A stretch of DNA of 64,000 nt from Acidobacteriota bacterium (GTDB taxonomy: Bacteria > Acidobacteriota > UBA890 > WLXD01). Of the stretch, positions 28,636 to 38,739 are shown piece after piece (positions within the stretch are counted from its first letter, which is position 1; each line of letters opens with the position of its first letter). A program made the position numbers and the translations under genes. The notes beneath the pieces are model-generated. The model was not told the DNA's origin. It saw only the letters and a program-made list of their open reading frames with translations, and searched no databases. The DNA lies in NCBI GenBank assembly GCA_965248695.1, contig CBDFKD010000002.1:3200001-3264000 (forward strand), given 5' to 3'.

Positions 28636-29901
28636 TTGACGCTCGAACTCAGCTCCAAGGATCGCTCATTGCTCGCCGGCGAGCACGGCCCTGCCGGACG
28701 ATTCGCCATGTCGATCCTCGTGCGCATGGCGGAGGCGCTCGATGTCGAGCGCATGATGGACATCTCGCAAGCACATATCGATAGCACTGTGTACCAGGGC
28801 AAGGCGACCCTGGAGTTTGCCGAACGGCTTGCCGACATGGACGCGCGAGTGGCGGTGCCTTCGACGGTGAACGTCAGCGGCGTCGATGCGGCCGACTGGC
28901 GAGAGTGGGCCGTACCGGAGGAATGGGCCGGGAACGCGTATCGGCAGATGCAGGCGTACGAGCGCATGGGATGCACGCCGACCTGGACCTGCGCTCCCTA
29001 TCAGACGGCCATGCGACCGAAGCGTGGCCAGCAGATCGCCTGGGGAGAATCCAACGCCATCGCGTTCGCCAACTCGGTGATCGGTGCGCGCACGGAGCGG
29101 TATCCCGACCTGATGGATATCTGCGCCGCGATCACCGCACGGGTTCCTGCCCGCGGCCTGCACCTGGAAGAGAACCGCGCCGGAGAGCTGCTGCTGCAGC
29201 TGGTGGACGTGCCGGAAGCGTTGCAACGCGAGGATTCGTTCTGCGCCGTGCTGGGCTACTTGATGGGAAAGATCGCCCAGGAGCGCGTGCCGGTGATCGA
29301 GGGGCTTACCGCCGTACCGACCGAGGACGACCTCAAAGCCCTTGGCGCGGGCGGGGCGTCCGCCGGCGCGGTAGCACTGTTCCACGTTGTCGGTCATACG
29401 CCCGAGGCGCCGACTTTGGAAGCCGCGTTTCAGGGCCGTGAGCCACCGGAAACGCATCAGTTGACGGTTCGCGACCTGCGCCATGCGCGCGCCGAGCTGA
29501 CCACGTTCGACGGCACCCGGGTGGATGTCGTCGCTCTCGGCAGCCCCCATTTCTCCCTCGAGGAATTCGCCCGCCTGGCGCCGCTGCTGGAGGGGCAGCG
29601 CTGTCATCCGGACGTTCTCTTTCTGGTAACCACCGGGCGGATGATGCGCGCGCTCGCCGAACAGGCCGGCTTACTGGAGTCGCTGCGGAAGTTCGGCGCC
29701 AGGATCACGGTGGATACCTGCATCCTCACCACGCCCATGCTGCCGGCCGAGATCGAGACGCTGATGACCAACTCGGCCAAGTACGCTTATTACACTCCCG
29801 GCCTGCTGAATGCACAGGTGACCTTCGGTAGCTTGGAGGACTGTGTTCGGTCGGCGGTCGCGGGGCGCGTGGAATGCGACGATTCGCTATGGCGGGGGTG
29901 A
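28636..29901 (+). CDS. Aconitase X catalytic (large) subunit, DUF521-like
   Basis: AHIDS, WTCAPY, AWGESNAIAFANSVIGART, LFHVVGHTPEA, GSPH, DTC, TNSAKYAYY; GGAGG RBS before TTG. Confidence 0.88.
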   Translation: MTLELSSKDRSLLAGEHGPAGRFAMSILVRMAEALDVERMMDISQAHIDSTVYQGKATLEFAERLADMDARVAVPSTVNVSGVDAADWREWAVPEEWAGNAYRQMQAYERMGCTPTWTCAPYQTAMRPKRGQQIAWGESNAIAFANSVIGARTERYPDLMDICAAITARVPARGLHLEENRAGELLLQLVDVPEALQREDSFCAVLGYLMGKIAQERVPVIEGLTAVPTEDDLKALGAGGASAGAVALFHVVGHTPEAPTLEAAFQGREPPETHQLTVRDLRHARAELTTFDGTRVDVVALGSPHFSLEEFARLAPLLEGQRCHPDVLFLVTTGRMMRALAEQAGLLESLRKFGARITVDTCILTTPMLPAEIETLMTNSAKYAYYTPGLLNAQVTFGSLEDCVRSAVAGRVECDDSLWRG

Positions 29902-30308
29902 TCCGCGGGCGGGTCCTGGTGCCCGGCGAGGTCGAAGGCGAAGCGCTGACGAGCACCGAGCCGTTGAGCTTCTGGGGTGGCTATGATCAGACCACCGGCG
30001 AGATCATCGACCGACGACATCCGCTCTCGGGGTGCATTGCCGCCGACAAGATTCTCGCGCTACCTGCTTCGCGCGGCTCCAGCACCACCGCCGCGGTGTT
30101 GCTCGAGGCGGTGCGCCGCCGCACCGCTCCGGCTGCGATCATCACCGATGGCGCCGACACGTTCTTGACGTTGACGGCAATCGTCGCCGACGAGATGTAC
30201 GAACGCAGCTTCGCGGTGATCGCGGTTGACGCCGAGGACTTCGAGAAGCTGCTCACCGCCCGCCGGTTGCGCGTCGCCGCCGACGGCAGCATCGCCAGGC
30301 CGTGCTAG
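29889..30308 (+). CDS. Aconitase X swivel (small) subunit, DUF126-like
   Basis: GEAL...LSFWGGYD...GEIIDRRHPL...RGSST; overlaps the large subunit gene. Confidence 0.88.
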   Translation: MAGVIRGRVLVPGEVEGEALTSTEPLSFWGGYDQTTGEIIDRRHPLSGCIAADKILALPASRGSSTTAAVLLEAVRRRTAPAAIITDGADTFLTLTAIVADEMYERSFAVIAVDAEDFEKLLTARRLRVAADGSIARPC

Positions 30309-30423
30309 CAGGCTCCCAAATCGAGCCTTTGGCGAATACCCCGCCCCCCGGGAAGGCGACTACACTCTGGTTCGCGGACCCCCCAGCGCCGATAATCGGA
30401 ACTACCCCGATCGCGAGGCAAGC

Positions 30424-31632
30424 GTGACGCCGGAACTGCTCGAACAAGGCCTACGTGTGACCGCGGCAACCTCCGTGGCTCTGTGGCTCATCATCATAAT
30501 CGACCGACGGCGCTGGTGGCCGTCGCAGTGGAGCCTGCACCTGGATGCCGCTTCCCGACAGCCGCGAGCAGGCGACCACGGCGAGCTGGTGGTTGTCGTG
30601 CCGGCGCGCAACGAAGCGGCGGTGCTGCCACGAACGTTGCCGCGACTCCTCAAGCAGAGCGACTGGTACCGGCAGCTGGTGGTGGTGGACGACCGCTCGT
30701 CGGACAACACTGCTTCGCTGGCGACGCGGCTGGCGCACGGAACCGACGCGGAACAGAAGCTCCGGGTCGTCTCCATCGACGAGCTCGAGCCGGGCTGGAC
30801 CGGCAAGCTCCACGCGCTCAACGCCGGGGCAGAAGCGGCGCTCGAAGGCTGGGAGGGTGACAAGGAACGCCAGTGGGTCTTGTTCACCGACGCGGACGTC
30901 CTGCACCCGACAACCTCACTCGGCAGCCTGCTCTCGAAGGCGTCGACCGAGGACCTCGACTTGGTGTCGGTGGTTGCCAAGCGACGTTGCGACACCCTCT
31001 GGGAGTGGCTCTTGATCCCGCCGTTCCTGTACTTCTTCCAGATGATGTTCCCGTTTCGCAGCGCCTCGGATCCGCGCTCGCGGACCGCGGCCGCCGCGGG
31101 AGGCGTCATGCTCATCCGCCGTCGAGTCTTCGATGACATCGGCGGACTTCAATCGCTCGGGCGCCATATCGACGAGCTGGCGTTGGCAAAGCGCATCAAG
31201 CGCAGCGGCAGCCGATGCTGGCTGGGGCTGGATCCCGACCTGACCTCGATACGCAGCTATGGCTCGCTCGGCCGCGTCCGCAGCACCGTGGAGCGGACGA
31301 CCTTCCAACAGCTGCGCTACCGCTACAGCCTGGTACCGATCATGTGGCTGGGCACACTCCTGCTCTTCACGCTTCCGCCCGCCCTGACCCTGTACGGTGC
31401 CATTCGGCTCGACGTGCTGCTGCTCGTACCCGCGGTACTCGCCTGGCTGTTCTCCACGGTGCATTTCTTGCCGGTGGTCAGCTATCTAGGTGCACCCGCC
31501 GTCTTCGCGTTTGCGCTACCGGTGTCGGCAACGATGTACGCGTGGATGACCACGATTTCGGCCTGGCGACACCTGCGAGGCAAACCCGCCGCCTGGCGCC
31601 CATCGCCGGAGGGGCTGCCGATCGATGGATGA
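30424..31632 (+). CDS. Glycosyltransferase family 2, similar to hopanoid-associated HpnB / carotenoid glycosyltransferases
   Basis: VVVPARNEA, VDDRSSDNT, GWTGKLHAL, LFTDAD, AAAGGVMLIRR; N- and C-terminal TM helices. Confidence 0.8.
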   Translation: MTPELLEQGLRVTAATSVALWLIIIIDRRRWWPSQWSLHLDAASRQPRAGDHGELVVVVPARNEAAVLPRTLPRLLKQSDWYRQLVVVDDRSSDNTASLATRLAHGTDAEQKLRVVSIDELEPGWTGKLHALNAGAEAALEGWEGDKERQWVLFTDADVLHPTTSLGSLLSKASTEDLDLVSVVAKRRCDTLWEWLLIPPFLYFFQMMFPFRSASDPRSRTAAAAGGVMLIRRRVFDDIGGLQSLGRHIDELALAKRIKRSGSRCWLGLDPDLTSIRSYGSLGRVRSTVERTTFQQLRYRYSLVPIMWLGTLLLFTLPPALTLYGAIRLDVLLLVPAVLAWLFSTVHFLPVVSYLGAPAVFAFALPVSATMYAWMTTISAWRHLRGKPAAWRPSPEGLPIDG

Positions 31633-32053
31633 GCCCCGGCGCGCGACGGTCTCGGTTGAGGTTCGATACGCCGAGACCGACGGCATGGGAATCGTCCACC
31701 ACGCGAACTATCTGGTCTGGTTCGAGCTCGCTCGCACCAGGTTGTGCGCCGACACCGGACACCCTTACGCCGACATCGAGCGCACCGGCTTCCGACTGAC
31801 GGTAACCGGGGCATCGGCACGCTACCGGCGGCCATCGCGCTACGGTGACACGCTGCAGGTAACCGCAGGGATCCGGCGCCTCGGCAGTCGTGGCCTGCAG
31901 TTCGAGTACGAGGTTCATCGCGACACCGAGCTGCTGGCGACCGGACACACGGACCACGTGTGGATCAACGCCGAGAACCGCCCGTGTCGCATGCCCGATG
32001 ACCTGCGTCCGAGCTTCGTCCGGCTCGCCGGGGGCGTCAGCCGAACAGGGTAG
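31625..32053 (+). CDS. Acyl-CoA thioesterase (4HBT/YbgC-like)
   Basis: VRYAETDGMGIVHHANYLVWFELAR. Confidence 0.88.
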   Translation: MDEPRRATVSVEVRYAETDGMGIVHHANYLVWFELARTRLCADTGHPYADIERTGFRLTVTGASARYRRPSRYGDTLQVTAGIRRLGSRGLQFEYEVHRDTELLATGHTDHVWINAENRPCRMPDDLRPSFVRLAGGVSRTG

Positions 32054-32540
32054 GCTGGGCTCCGGCCACCGCCAGTGAGCCTTCCAACTCCAGCAGGACG
32101 CGCTTACGCTCGATACCGCCGCCGTATCCGGTCAGGCTGCCATCGGCGCCGATGACGCGATGGCACGGGATGATGATGGCGATGGGGTTGGCGCCGTTGG
32201 CCAGCCCCACGGCTCGAGCGGCATTCGGATCGCCGACTCGACATGCAAGCTCTCCGTAGGAGATCGTGTTGCCGTACTCGATCCGGCGCAGTTGCTCCCA
32301 GACTCGTTGCTGAAACGAGCTGCCAGACGGGGCCAGCGGCAAATCGAAGGACCGCCGTTCGCCGGCGAAGTATTCGCCAAGCTGCTCGGTTACGGCGGCG
32401 AGCGCGTCAGCGTCCTCGACCCAATCCTCGCCAATCTCCCCGCACCTAGGTCCCTCGAACTCCAGCATCCGCAAGCCCGCCGGATCGATCACTCCCAGTA
32501 GCCGGCCAACGGCGGATCCCATCCAGCTGTAATAGGTCAT
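32037..32540 (-). CDS. ogt: Methylated-DNA--protein-cysteine S-methyltransferase
   Basis: FQQRVW, ARAVGLANGANP, PCHRV active site, GYGGG. Confidence 0.93.
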   Translation of the reverse strand: MTYYSWMGSAVGRLLGVIDPAGLRMLEFEGPRCGEIGEDWVEDADALAAVTEQLGEYFAGERRSFDLPLAPSGSSFQQRVWEQLRRIEYGNTISYGELACRVGDPNAARAVGLANGANPIAIIIPCHRVIGADGSLTGYGGGIERKRVLLELEGSLAVAGAQPTLFG

Positions 32541-32567
32541 GAGGCAAATCTCAACGATGACTCCGGA

Positions 32568-33972
32568 TCAGCGTCCGACCGCGAACAGGCTGTGCTCGCC
32601 GCGCACGTACATCATGCCTTCAGACAGCGCCGGCGTGGCCATCAAGAGCTCGCCCATCGAGTTAGTGGCGATGTGCTCGTAGCTGCCGCCCGCCCGCAGC
32701 ACCAGCATCTCGCCGTCCTCGCTGCAGATGTATATGCGGCCGTCGGCGGCGACCGGCGACGAGCTGAAGCCGGAACCCAGGTGCGGCAGTCGCACGCGAT
32801 AGATCTCGCGGCCGGAGGACAGCTCGTAGGCATCGAAAACGCCGTTGTTGCCCAGAACGTAGAGCTCGTCGCCATAGATGAGGGGCGTTGGCATGTACGG
32901 CCCCCTGCCCTGTGAGCTCCAGACGACATCGTCGTTCGAGGTCTGCCCCCCAGTGGGCGTGATGTCACCGCGGGCGCCGGGCCTCACGACGAAGATCGGG
33001 CGCTCGGGCCGACGACCACTGGCAACGACGATGAAGTCATCGTTGAACACCGGGGTCGGCGCGGTGATCTGGGAGCTACCGGCCAGACGCCAGAGCTCCT
33101 CGCCGGTCTCAGGGTCGTATCCGCAGACGTGATTTGACGAGTTGGTGATCAGCTCCGCAGCGACGGATCCGTCGTACACCGTCGGTGTACCCCATGACGG
33201 GAGCTCGTCTCGCGCGGCGCGCCAGATCGTCACGCCCGTCTGGGCGTCGAGGGCAACCAGGAAGTCATCGCCCTGAGTGTCGTATTGGACGAATACCCGG
33301 TCGTTCCAGAGAATCGGCGAGCTCGCCGGACCCCATTCATAGTCCGGAGCGTCGTAGGCGCCGATGTTCCACGCGGCCCGGGTCGAAGCTCCAGCGCGGC
33401 GTGCCATCCATGTCGAAGGCGAACAGACCTTGCGATCCGAACGAGGCCACCAGCGTGCGGCCATCGGTGGCCGGGGTCGAGCTCGCGTAGGTCGACTTGA
33501 CGTGGCGCGTGTCGATCGGCTCCCCCTCGTAGGCGACCCGTTCCCAGACAGTTTGGCCGTCGTGCTTGTCGATCGCGAACAGCATCCAGCGCTGCACCGA
33601 GCGATCGGCGGAGGCGTCGCCATCGCCGTAGAGCCCGGGTCGGAAGCTGACATCGTCGCGGCTGCTCAACGCCGAGGTGACGTACACCCGGTCGCCCCAG
33701 ACCACCGGGCTGGAATGAGCCAGCCCGGGAACGGAGATCCGCCAGCGGATATTGGCACCCGTCTCCCCATCCCAGGTATCGGGCAGGTCTTGCCCGTCGG
33801 CAACGCCGGAAGCGCTCGGACCACGGAACGTCGGCCAGTTGCCGTCGGCGACAGGCGCGGCAGGCGAACCCGTCGCCAGCAGGACCGCCAAAGCGACCGT
33901 TGCCGGGACGCCAACTACTCGGAGTGCTCGGATTCGGTACAGATCGCCCGCACCGCTGGCCGGTCGGTCCAT
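32568..33972 (-). pseudogene. PQQ-binding-like (BamB-like) beta-propeller protein with one frameshift near 33369
   Basis: N-part [23 protein letters not shown]; C-part [22 protein letters not shown]. Removing one G from GTGG joins them as GRVNIGAYD. Confidence 0.82.
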
Positions 33973-33987
33973 TGACAGAAGTTTGAC

Positions 33988-34016
33988 GGAACCAAGCGCA
34001 CGCCACATGCGTCCAA
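33988..34016 (+). promoter_or_regulatory. Putative ECF sigma promoter GGAACC-N16-CGTCCAA
   Basis: ECF-type -35 and -10 elements about 55 nt upstream of a small ORF. Confidence 0.45.
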
Positions 34017-34069
34017 TCAAAGGAAGCTGCTCCCCTGCGATGCCATCCCCGATCGCAGGTCAGATTGAC

Positions 34070-34324
34070 ATGCCTTCTAGAATGCTAACTGTACCCGTGC
34101 TGGGGGGTCTCTTCCTCATGGTAGTCATTGCCGGCGCCGCTGCATTGACGGCTCCGGAGCCAGAGTTCGCCGGTCCGATGACATCCGCAACGGAGCCGAT
34201 CGGCAACGAATGCGCCGACAACGCGGCGATAGCACCGAGCAGCGTCGCCGACGAGGCCCCACCCAATGTGAACGGTTTCATCGACTGTCTGCGGGTCAGC
34301 GGCCACGGCAAAATCGAATCGTGA
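34070..34324 (+). CDS. Small hypothetical exported or membrane-anchored protein (84 aa)
   Basis: Hydrophobic N-terminal helix, two Cys, upstream ECF-like promoter; fills an otherwise empty gap. Confidence 0.4.
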   Translation: MPSRMLTVPVLGGLFLMVVIAGAAALTAPEPEFAGPMTSATEPIGNECADNAAIAPSSVADEAPPNVNGFIDCLRVSGHGKIES

Positions 34325-34428
34325 TGTCACCCGCTACGGATCACCCTCGCCGGCGCTACAAAGTCCGCGGGGGTGATCCGCGGGCCGGCTAGCACTCGGT
34401 GTGGGCGAACGTGCAGAATCCCAGGACA

Positions 34429-35028
34429 ATGGATAGTCGGGTTCGCTCCATCGGCAGAGAGATCGTCGCCATCGCCGCACTGGCATTGGTGCTGTTCTCC
34501 GGACGGTCGTCGCTTGCCGACCACTACGTCGTGCCGACCAGCTCGATGGAGTACACGCTGATGCCCGGGGATCGCGTGCTGGTCAACAAAACCGCCTACG
34601 GCATCCGCGTGCCGTTTGTCGGCTGGCAGCTGACCGAGGGGAACACCCCGCACGCCGGTGAGGTGGTGGTGTTCGATTCCCCCGAGAGCGGCAAGCGGCT
34701 GATCAAGCGTGTGGTAGCGGTGGACGGCGACGAGGTCGAGATCCGGCGCGGCGAGCTGCTGGTCAACGGTGAGAGCAGAAAGATCGACGAGGACGCCTGG
34801 ATCGAGGGCTTCGGTGATCGACGGGCCGAGCTCAACCTGTCGAACGGCGGCGGCGGGCCCTATGGTCCGGTGATCATCGAGGCGGGCCATGTGCTGGTGA
34901 TGGGCGACTATCGCGGCAACAGCCACGACGGCCGCATGTTCGGCCGTATCTCCGAGGCGAATATCTACGGTCGCGCGATCGCCGTATTTCTGCGACGGGG
35001 CGAGGGGTTCGTCTGGCGACGTCTCTGA
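34429..35028 (+). CDS. lepB: Signal peptidase I
   Basis: VPTSSMEYTL (catalytic Ser), LIKRV (catalytic Lys), MGDYRGNSHDGR. Confidence 0.9.
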   Translation: MDSRVRSIGREIVAIAALALVLFSGRSSLADHYVVPTSSMEYTLMPGDRVLVNKTAYGIRVPFVGWQLTEGNTPHAGEVVVFDSPESGKRLIKRVVAVDGDEVEIRRGELLVNGESRKIDEDAWIEGFGDRRAELNLSNGGGGPYGPVIIEAGHVLVMGDYRGNSHDGRMFGRISEANIYGRAIAVFLRRGEGFVWRRL

Positions 35029-35143
35029 GCCGTCGTTCGCTGCCTCCCGACGGACCAAGCGCCAGACGCCGCGATATAGTGCGCGCCAACGCTATCTGCT
35101 ACCGGCGATCGGGCGCCGATCTCACCTATCGAGGAGCCGTCGA

Positions 35144-35629
35144 ATGAGCCTGTTCAGTTTCGTCAAGGAAGCCGGCGAGAAGCTTCTCGGTCTCGACGAC
35201 GACGAGCCCGAGGCAGCCGATGTTCCGGAGGTCAAGCCGGCGGGCGCCAACACATCGGCGGCGACGCTGCACCTGATGCTGACCAAGTACGAGCTGGCAC
35301 CGGACGACCTCAGCATCGGATACGCCGAAGGCGTGGTGACCGTGCAGGGAACCGCGACCTCCGCCGAGCAGCGCGAGAAGATCATCCTGGCGGTCGGCAA
35401 CGTCCACGGCGTGTCGCAAGTCGACGACCAGATGAGCCTCGAAGGCGACGCCCCCGATCCGACGTTCTACACCGTCGAGCGTGGCGACACCCTGTCGGGC
35501 ATCGCCAAGGCGCAGTACGGCAACGCAATGAAGTACATGGTGATCTTCGAGGCCAACCGCCCGCTGCTCGACGACCCCGACCGTATCTACCCGGGTCAGA
35601 TGCTGCGCATTCCGCCGCTGGAGGATTAG
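35144..35629 (+). CDS. BON + LysM domain protein (Kbp/YgaU-like)
   Basis: MSLFSFVKEAGEKL, VGNVHGVSQVDD, YTVERGDTLSGIAKAQYG...IYPGQMLRIP. Confidence 0.9.
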   Translation: MSLFSFVKEAGEKLLGLDDDEPEAADVPEVKPAGANTSAATLHLMLTKYELAPDDLSIGYAEGVVTVQGTATSAEQREKIILAVGNVHGVSQVDDQMSLEGDAPDPTFYTVERGDTLSGIAKAQYGNAMKYMVIFEANRPLLDDPDRIYPGQMLRIPPLED

Positions 35630-37098
35630 TCGAGCTGCTGCCGGCCGGCTGCGAAGTCGATGATCCGCTCCGCGGTGTCGCCGACGCCGAGAGTGATCTC
35701 GAAACGCCGTTCGCGACGCTCGCCGCCGACCTCGCGAACGGTCGCGGTGAATATCCCCGGTAACAGCACCCAGTCATTCGGGTTCGAGCTGTCGGACGTG
35801 TAGGTGCGTCCCCGCGCCACCTCCTGTCCACTGGCATCGCGCACATTGACCACCGCGTCGACGAGATCGGCGCCGTCGCGGGCGCCGATTCGGAGTACGC
35901 CCGAGTCCCAGCTGACCCGCTGCGCGGTGCGCTCGCCAGGCTGCACGACGATGCTCTCGATCCGTTCGCTCGGCCGCCCTGAGATCTCGACCGAGCCGAC
36001 GGCGATGTCGTAGACGCCGGGGGTGAGCCGATAGACGGCCGGGTTGCTCGCTTCCCTCGTGTAGGAGCGGCCCCCCGCAACGCGGTCGGTAGTACCGGCC
36101 GAATAGACGTTGACGGTCGCATCCGACAGCTCGCCGTTGCGGAGCACCTCGATAGCGATCTCGCCGGAGCTGAAGTCGACCTCGCGCTGGACGATACCGC
36201 CGTCGGTGATCGTGAGCTGGAATGCCTGCTCGGTGTTGCCGCGCAGCTCGAGCGCGCGCACACGCACGTCGTAGGTCCCGTCCTCCAGCGGCACGGTCCG
36301 CGGGTTGGTCGCGGGCGAACGGTACGTGCGGCTGAACGAGACGTCGGCACCGGTGGCTGCGTCGAGAATGCTGACACCCACATCGGTGAGCTCGCCATCG
36401 GCCACCGCCTTGAGCACCAGGCCGCCGTCGGGAATCTCGGCCGGTGCCGCCACCGCACTCTCTAGTGCGGCGCCGAGCGCGTCGGCGCTGTTGACATCGA
36501 AGTACTGACCGCCGCCAGCCTGCGCCATGCACTCCAGCTGCGCCAGCTCCTGCTCCTCTCCCTCGACGCCGAAGCCGACGACGTGCATGACAAAATCGAT
36601 GCCGGATGCGCGCGCCTCTCGTACGGCGGCGCACGGATCACCACCACACGTCTCCAGCCCGTCGCTGACCAGGATCACCAAGGCCGGGTCGGGATGCTGG
36701 CGTAGCCCTTCGAACGCCTCGTTGACCGCCCTGGTTATCGGCGTGCGACCCTTCGGGTTGAGGCCCTCCACGCTGGTACGCATTGCCGCCTTGTCGAGCG
36801 GGCCGAGCGGCAGAATCGTCTCGATGTCCTCGCAGTCGCCCTCGCGTCGGTGACCATAGGCCACCAGACCGCCTTCGCTGTCGGCAGACAGACCGTCGAT
36901 GAGATCGCCGAGCACACGCCGCGCGATGACGATCTTGTTCTCCCCGTCGATCTGCCCCCACATCGAGCCGGAGGCGTCGAGGATCAGCAGCAAGTCAACG
37001 TCTGCCGCTTGTGCCGCGGCGCCGTCCCCGGGCTGGATTACGAGCGCGCTGAGCGCGGCCAAAAGCGTGATCGTCAGGATCGCCGTCGATCGTCGCAT
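35626..37098 (-). CDS. Secreted von Willebrand factor A domain protein with three C-terminal beta repeats
   Basis: MIDAS motif DASGSM, PKGRTPI, LVSDGLETCGGDPC; three RTY...NP...L.PG.Y-like repeats. Confidence 0.88.
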   Translation of the reverse strand: MRRSTAILTITLLAALSALVIQPGDGAAAQAADVDLLLILDASGSMWGQIDGENKIVIARRVLGDLIDGLSADSEGGLVAYGHRREGDCEDIETILPLGPLDKAAMRTSVEGLNPKGRTPITRAVNEAFEGLRQHPDPALVILVSDGLETCGGDPCAAVREARASGIDFVMHVVGFGVEGEEQELAQLECMAQAGGGQYFDVNSADALGAALESAVAAPAEIPDGGLVLKAVADGELTDVGVSILDAATGADVSFSRTYRSPATNPRTVPLEDGTYDVRVRALELRGNTEQAFQLTITDGGIVQREVDFSSGEIAIEVLRNGELSDATVNVYSAGTTDRVAGGRSYTREASNPAVYRLTPGVYDIAVGSVEISGRPSERIESIVVQPGERTAQRVSWDSGVLRIGARDGADLVDAVVNVRDASGQEVARGRTYTSDSSNPNDWVLLPGIFTATVREVGGERRERRFEITLGVGDTAERIIDFAAGRQQLD

Positions 37099-37185
37099 CG
37101 CACTCTCCAGGTTCCGTCGCGTATTGAGGCCGCAACGGTAGCAGGAGTCGGGCGCACACTGAGCTTGCGAGCGGCGGCGATGCCT

Positions 37186-38685
37186 CTAGTAGCGATACTC
37201 GTCGGGCTTGTACGGACCGTCGATATCGACGCCCAAATAGTCCGCCTGCTGCTGAGTCAGGCGCGTGAGATCAACGCTCAGGTGCTCCAGGTGTAGCCGG
37301 GCGACCTCCTCGTCGAGCTTCTTGGGGAGCACGTAGACGTGCTTGCCAAAGCCCTCGTCGTTCTTCCAGAGCGCCATCTGGGCGAGCACCTGGTTGGTGA
37401 ACGACGCCGACATCACGAAGCTCGGGTGGCCGGTAGCGCAGCCCAGGTTCATCAGGCGCCCCTCGGCCAACACGAGCACGCTGTGGCCATCGGCAAAGGT
37501 CCACTCGTCGTACTGCGGCTTGACGTTGACCTTCTCGATCCCGGGCATGCGAGCAAGACCCGCCATGTCGATCTCGTTATCGAAGTGGCCGATGTTGGCG
37601 ACGATGGCCTTGTCCTTCATCGACGCCATGTCGTCGGCGGTGATGATGTCGAAGTTCCCGGTCGTGGTTACGAATATGTCGGCCGACTCGACGACGCTCT
37701 CGAGCGTACGGACCTCGTAGCCTTCCATTGCCGCTTGCAGGGCGCAGATCGGATCGATCTCGGTGACGATCACCCGGGCTCCCTGACCGCGTAGCGCCTG
37801 AGCGCACCCCTTGCCGACCTCTCCGAAGCCGCACACGACGGCCACCTTGCCGCCGATCATGACGTCGGTGGCCCGGTTCAGCCCGTCCACCACAGAGTGG
37901 CGGCAGCCGTAGATGTTGTCGAACTTCGACTTGGTGACCGAGTCGTTGACGTTCATCGCCGGCACCAACAGCGTGCCGGCCTTCTCCATCTGACGCAGCC
38001 GGTTGACACCCGTGGTGGTCTCTTCCGAGACGCCACGCAGCGACTCGGCGATCGTGCGCCAGCGCTGCGGATCGCGCTCCAGCTCACGGCGGAGCAGGTC
38101 GAGGATCACGCCCCACTCCTCCGGATCGGAGTCGGGATCGAAGTCCGGCACTGCGCCGGCCGCCTCGAACTCGACACCCTTGTGGATCGCCAGCGTGGCG
38201 TCGCCGCCGTCGTCGACGATCAGGTCCGGACCCGAGCCGTCGGGCCACATGAGCGCCTCCGACGTGCACCACCAGTACTGCTCGAGGCTCTCCCCCTTCC
38301 ATGCGAACACCGGCACGCCGCGAGGACTCTCGACCGTGCCACCCGTTTCGGGGCGCCCAACCGCAACGGCGGCCGCGGCCGGGTCCTGGGTGGAAAAGAT
38401 GTTGCAGGAAACCCAGCGCAGGTCAGCGCCCAGGTCGGCCAGGGTCTCGATCAGCACTGCCGTCTGCACTGTCATATGCAGGCTGCCCATGATCTTGGCG
38501 CCGGCCAGCGGCTGCTCTTCACTGTAGCGGCGGCGAACCTCCATCAGGCCGGGCATCTCGTGCTCTGCGAGGGTGATCTCCTTGCGGCCGAGCTCGGCCA
38601 GCGACAGATCCGCGACCTTGAAAGGCTCGCGCTCGGCTGCGCTGGCGGCGTCGAAGGCATGCATCTGTTCGGCAACGGTTTCCAT
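37186..38685 (-). CDS. ahcY: Adenosylhomocysteinase
   Basis: [58 protein letters not shown]; AAGGGAG RBS. Confidence 0.97.
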   Translation of the reverse strand: METVAEQMHAFDAASAAEREPFKVADLSLAELGRKEITLAEHEMPGLMEVRRRYSEEQPLAGAKIMGSLHMTVQTAVLIETLADLGADLRWVSCNIFSTQDPAAAAVAVGRPETGGTVESPRGVPVFAWKGESLEQYWWCTSEALMWPDGSGPDLIVDDGGDATLAIHKGVEFEAAGAVPDFDPDSDPEEWGVILDLLRRELERDPQRWRTIAESLRGVSEETTTGVNRLRQMEKAGTLLVPAMNVNDSVTKSKFDNIYGCRHSVVDGLNRATDVMIGGKVAVVCGFGEVGKGCAQALRGQGARVIVTEIDPICALQAAMEGYEVRTLESVVESADIFVTTTGNFDIITADDMASMKDKAIVANIGHFDNEIDMAGLARMPGIEKVNVKPQYDEWTFADGHSVLVLAEGRLMNLGCATGHPSFVMSASFTNQVLAQMALWKNDEGFGKHVYVLPKKLDEEVARLHLEHLSVDLTRLTQQQADYLGVDIDGPYKPDEYRY

Positions 38686-38739
38686 GGTTCTGGCTCCCTT
38701 GTGCGGCGGACCGATCCGTTCGCCACGTTGGATCATCGA

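Noticed and set aside
33360-33380. Two separate propeller genes
   Set aside because: A single-base change joins them into one typical propeller protein; the C-terminal ORF's first ~90 aa are out-of-frame junk.
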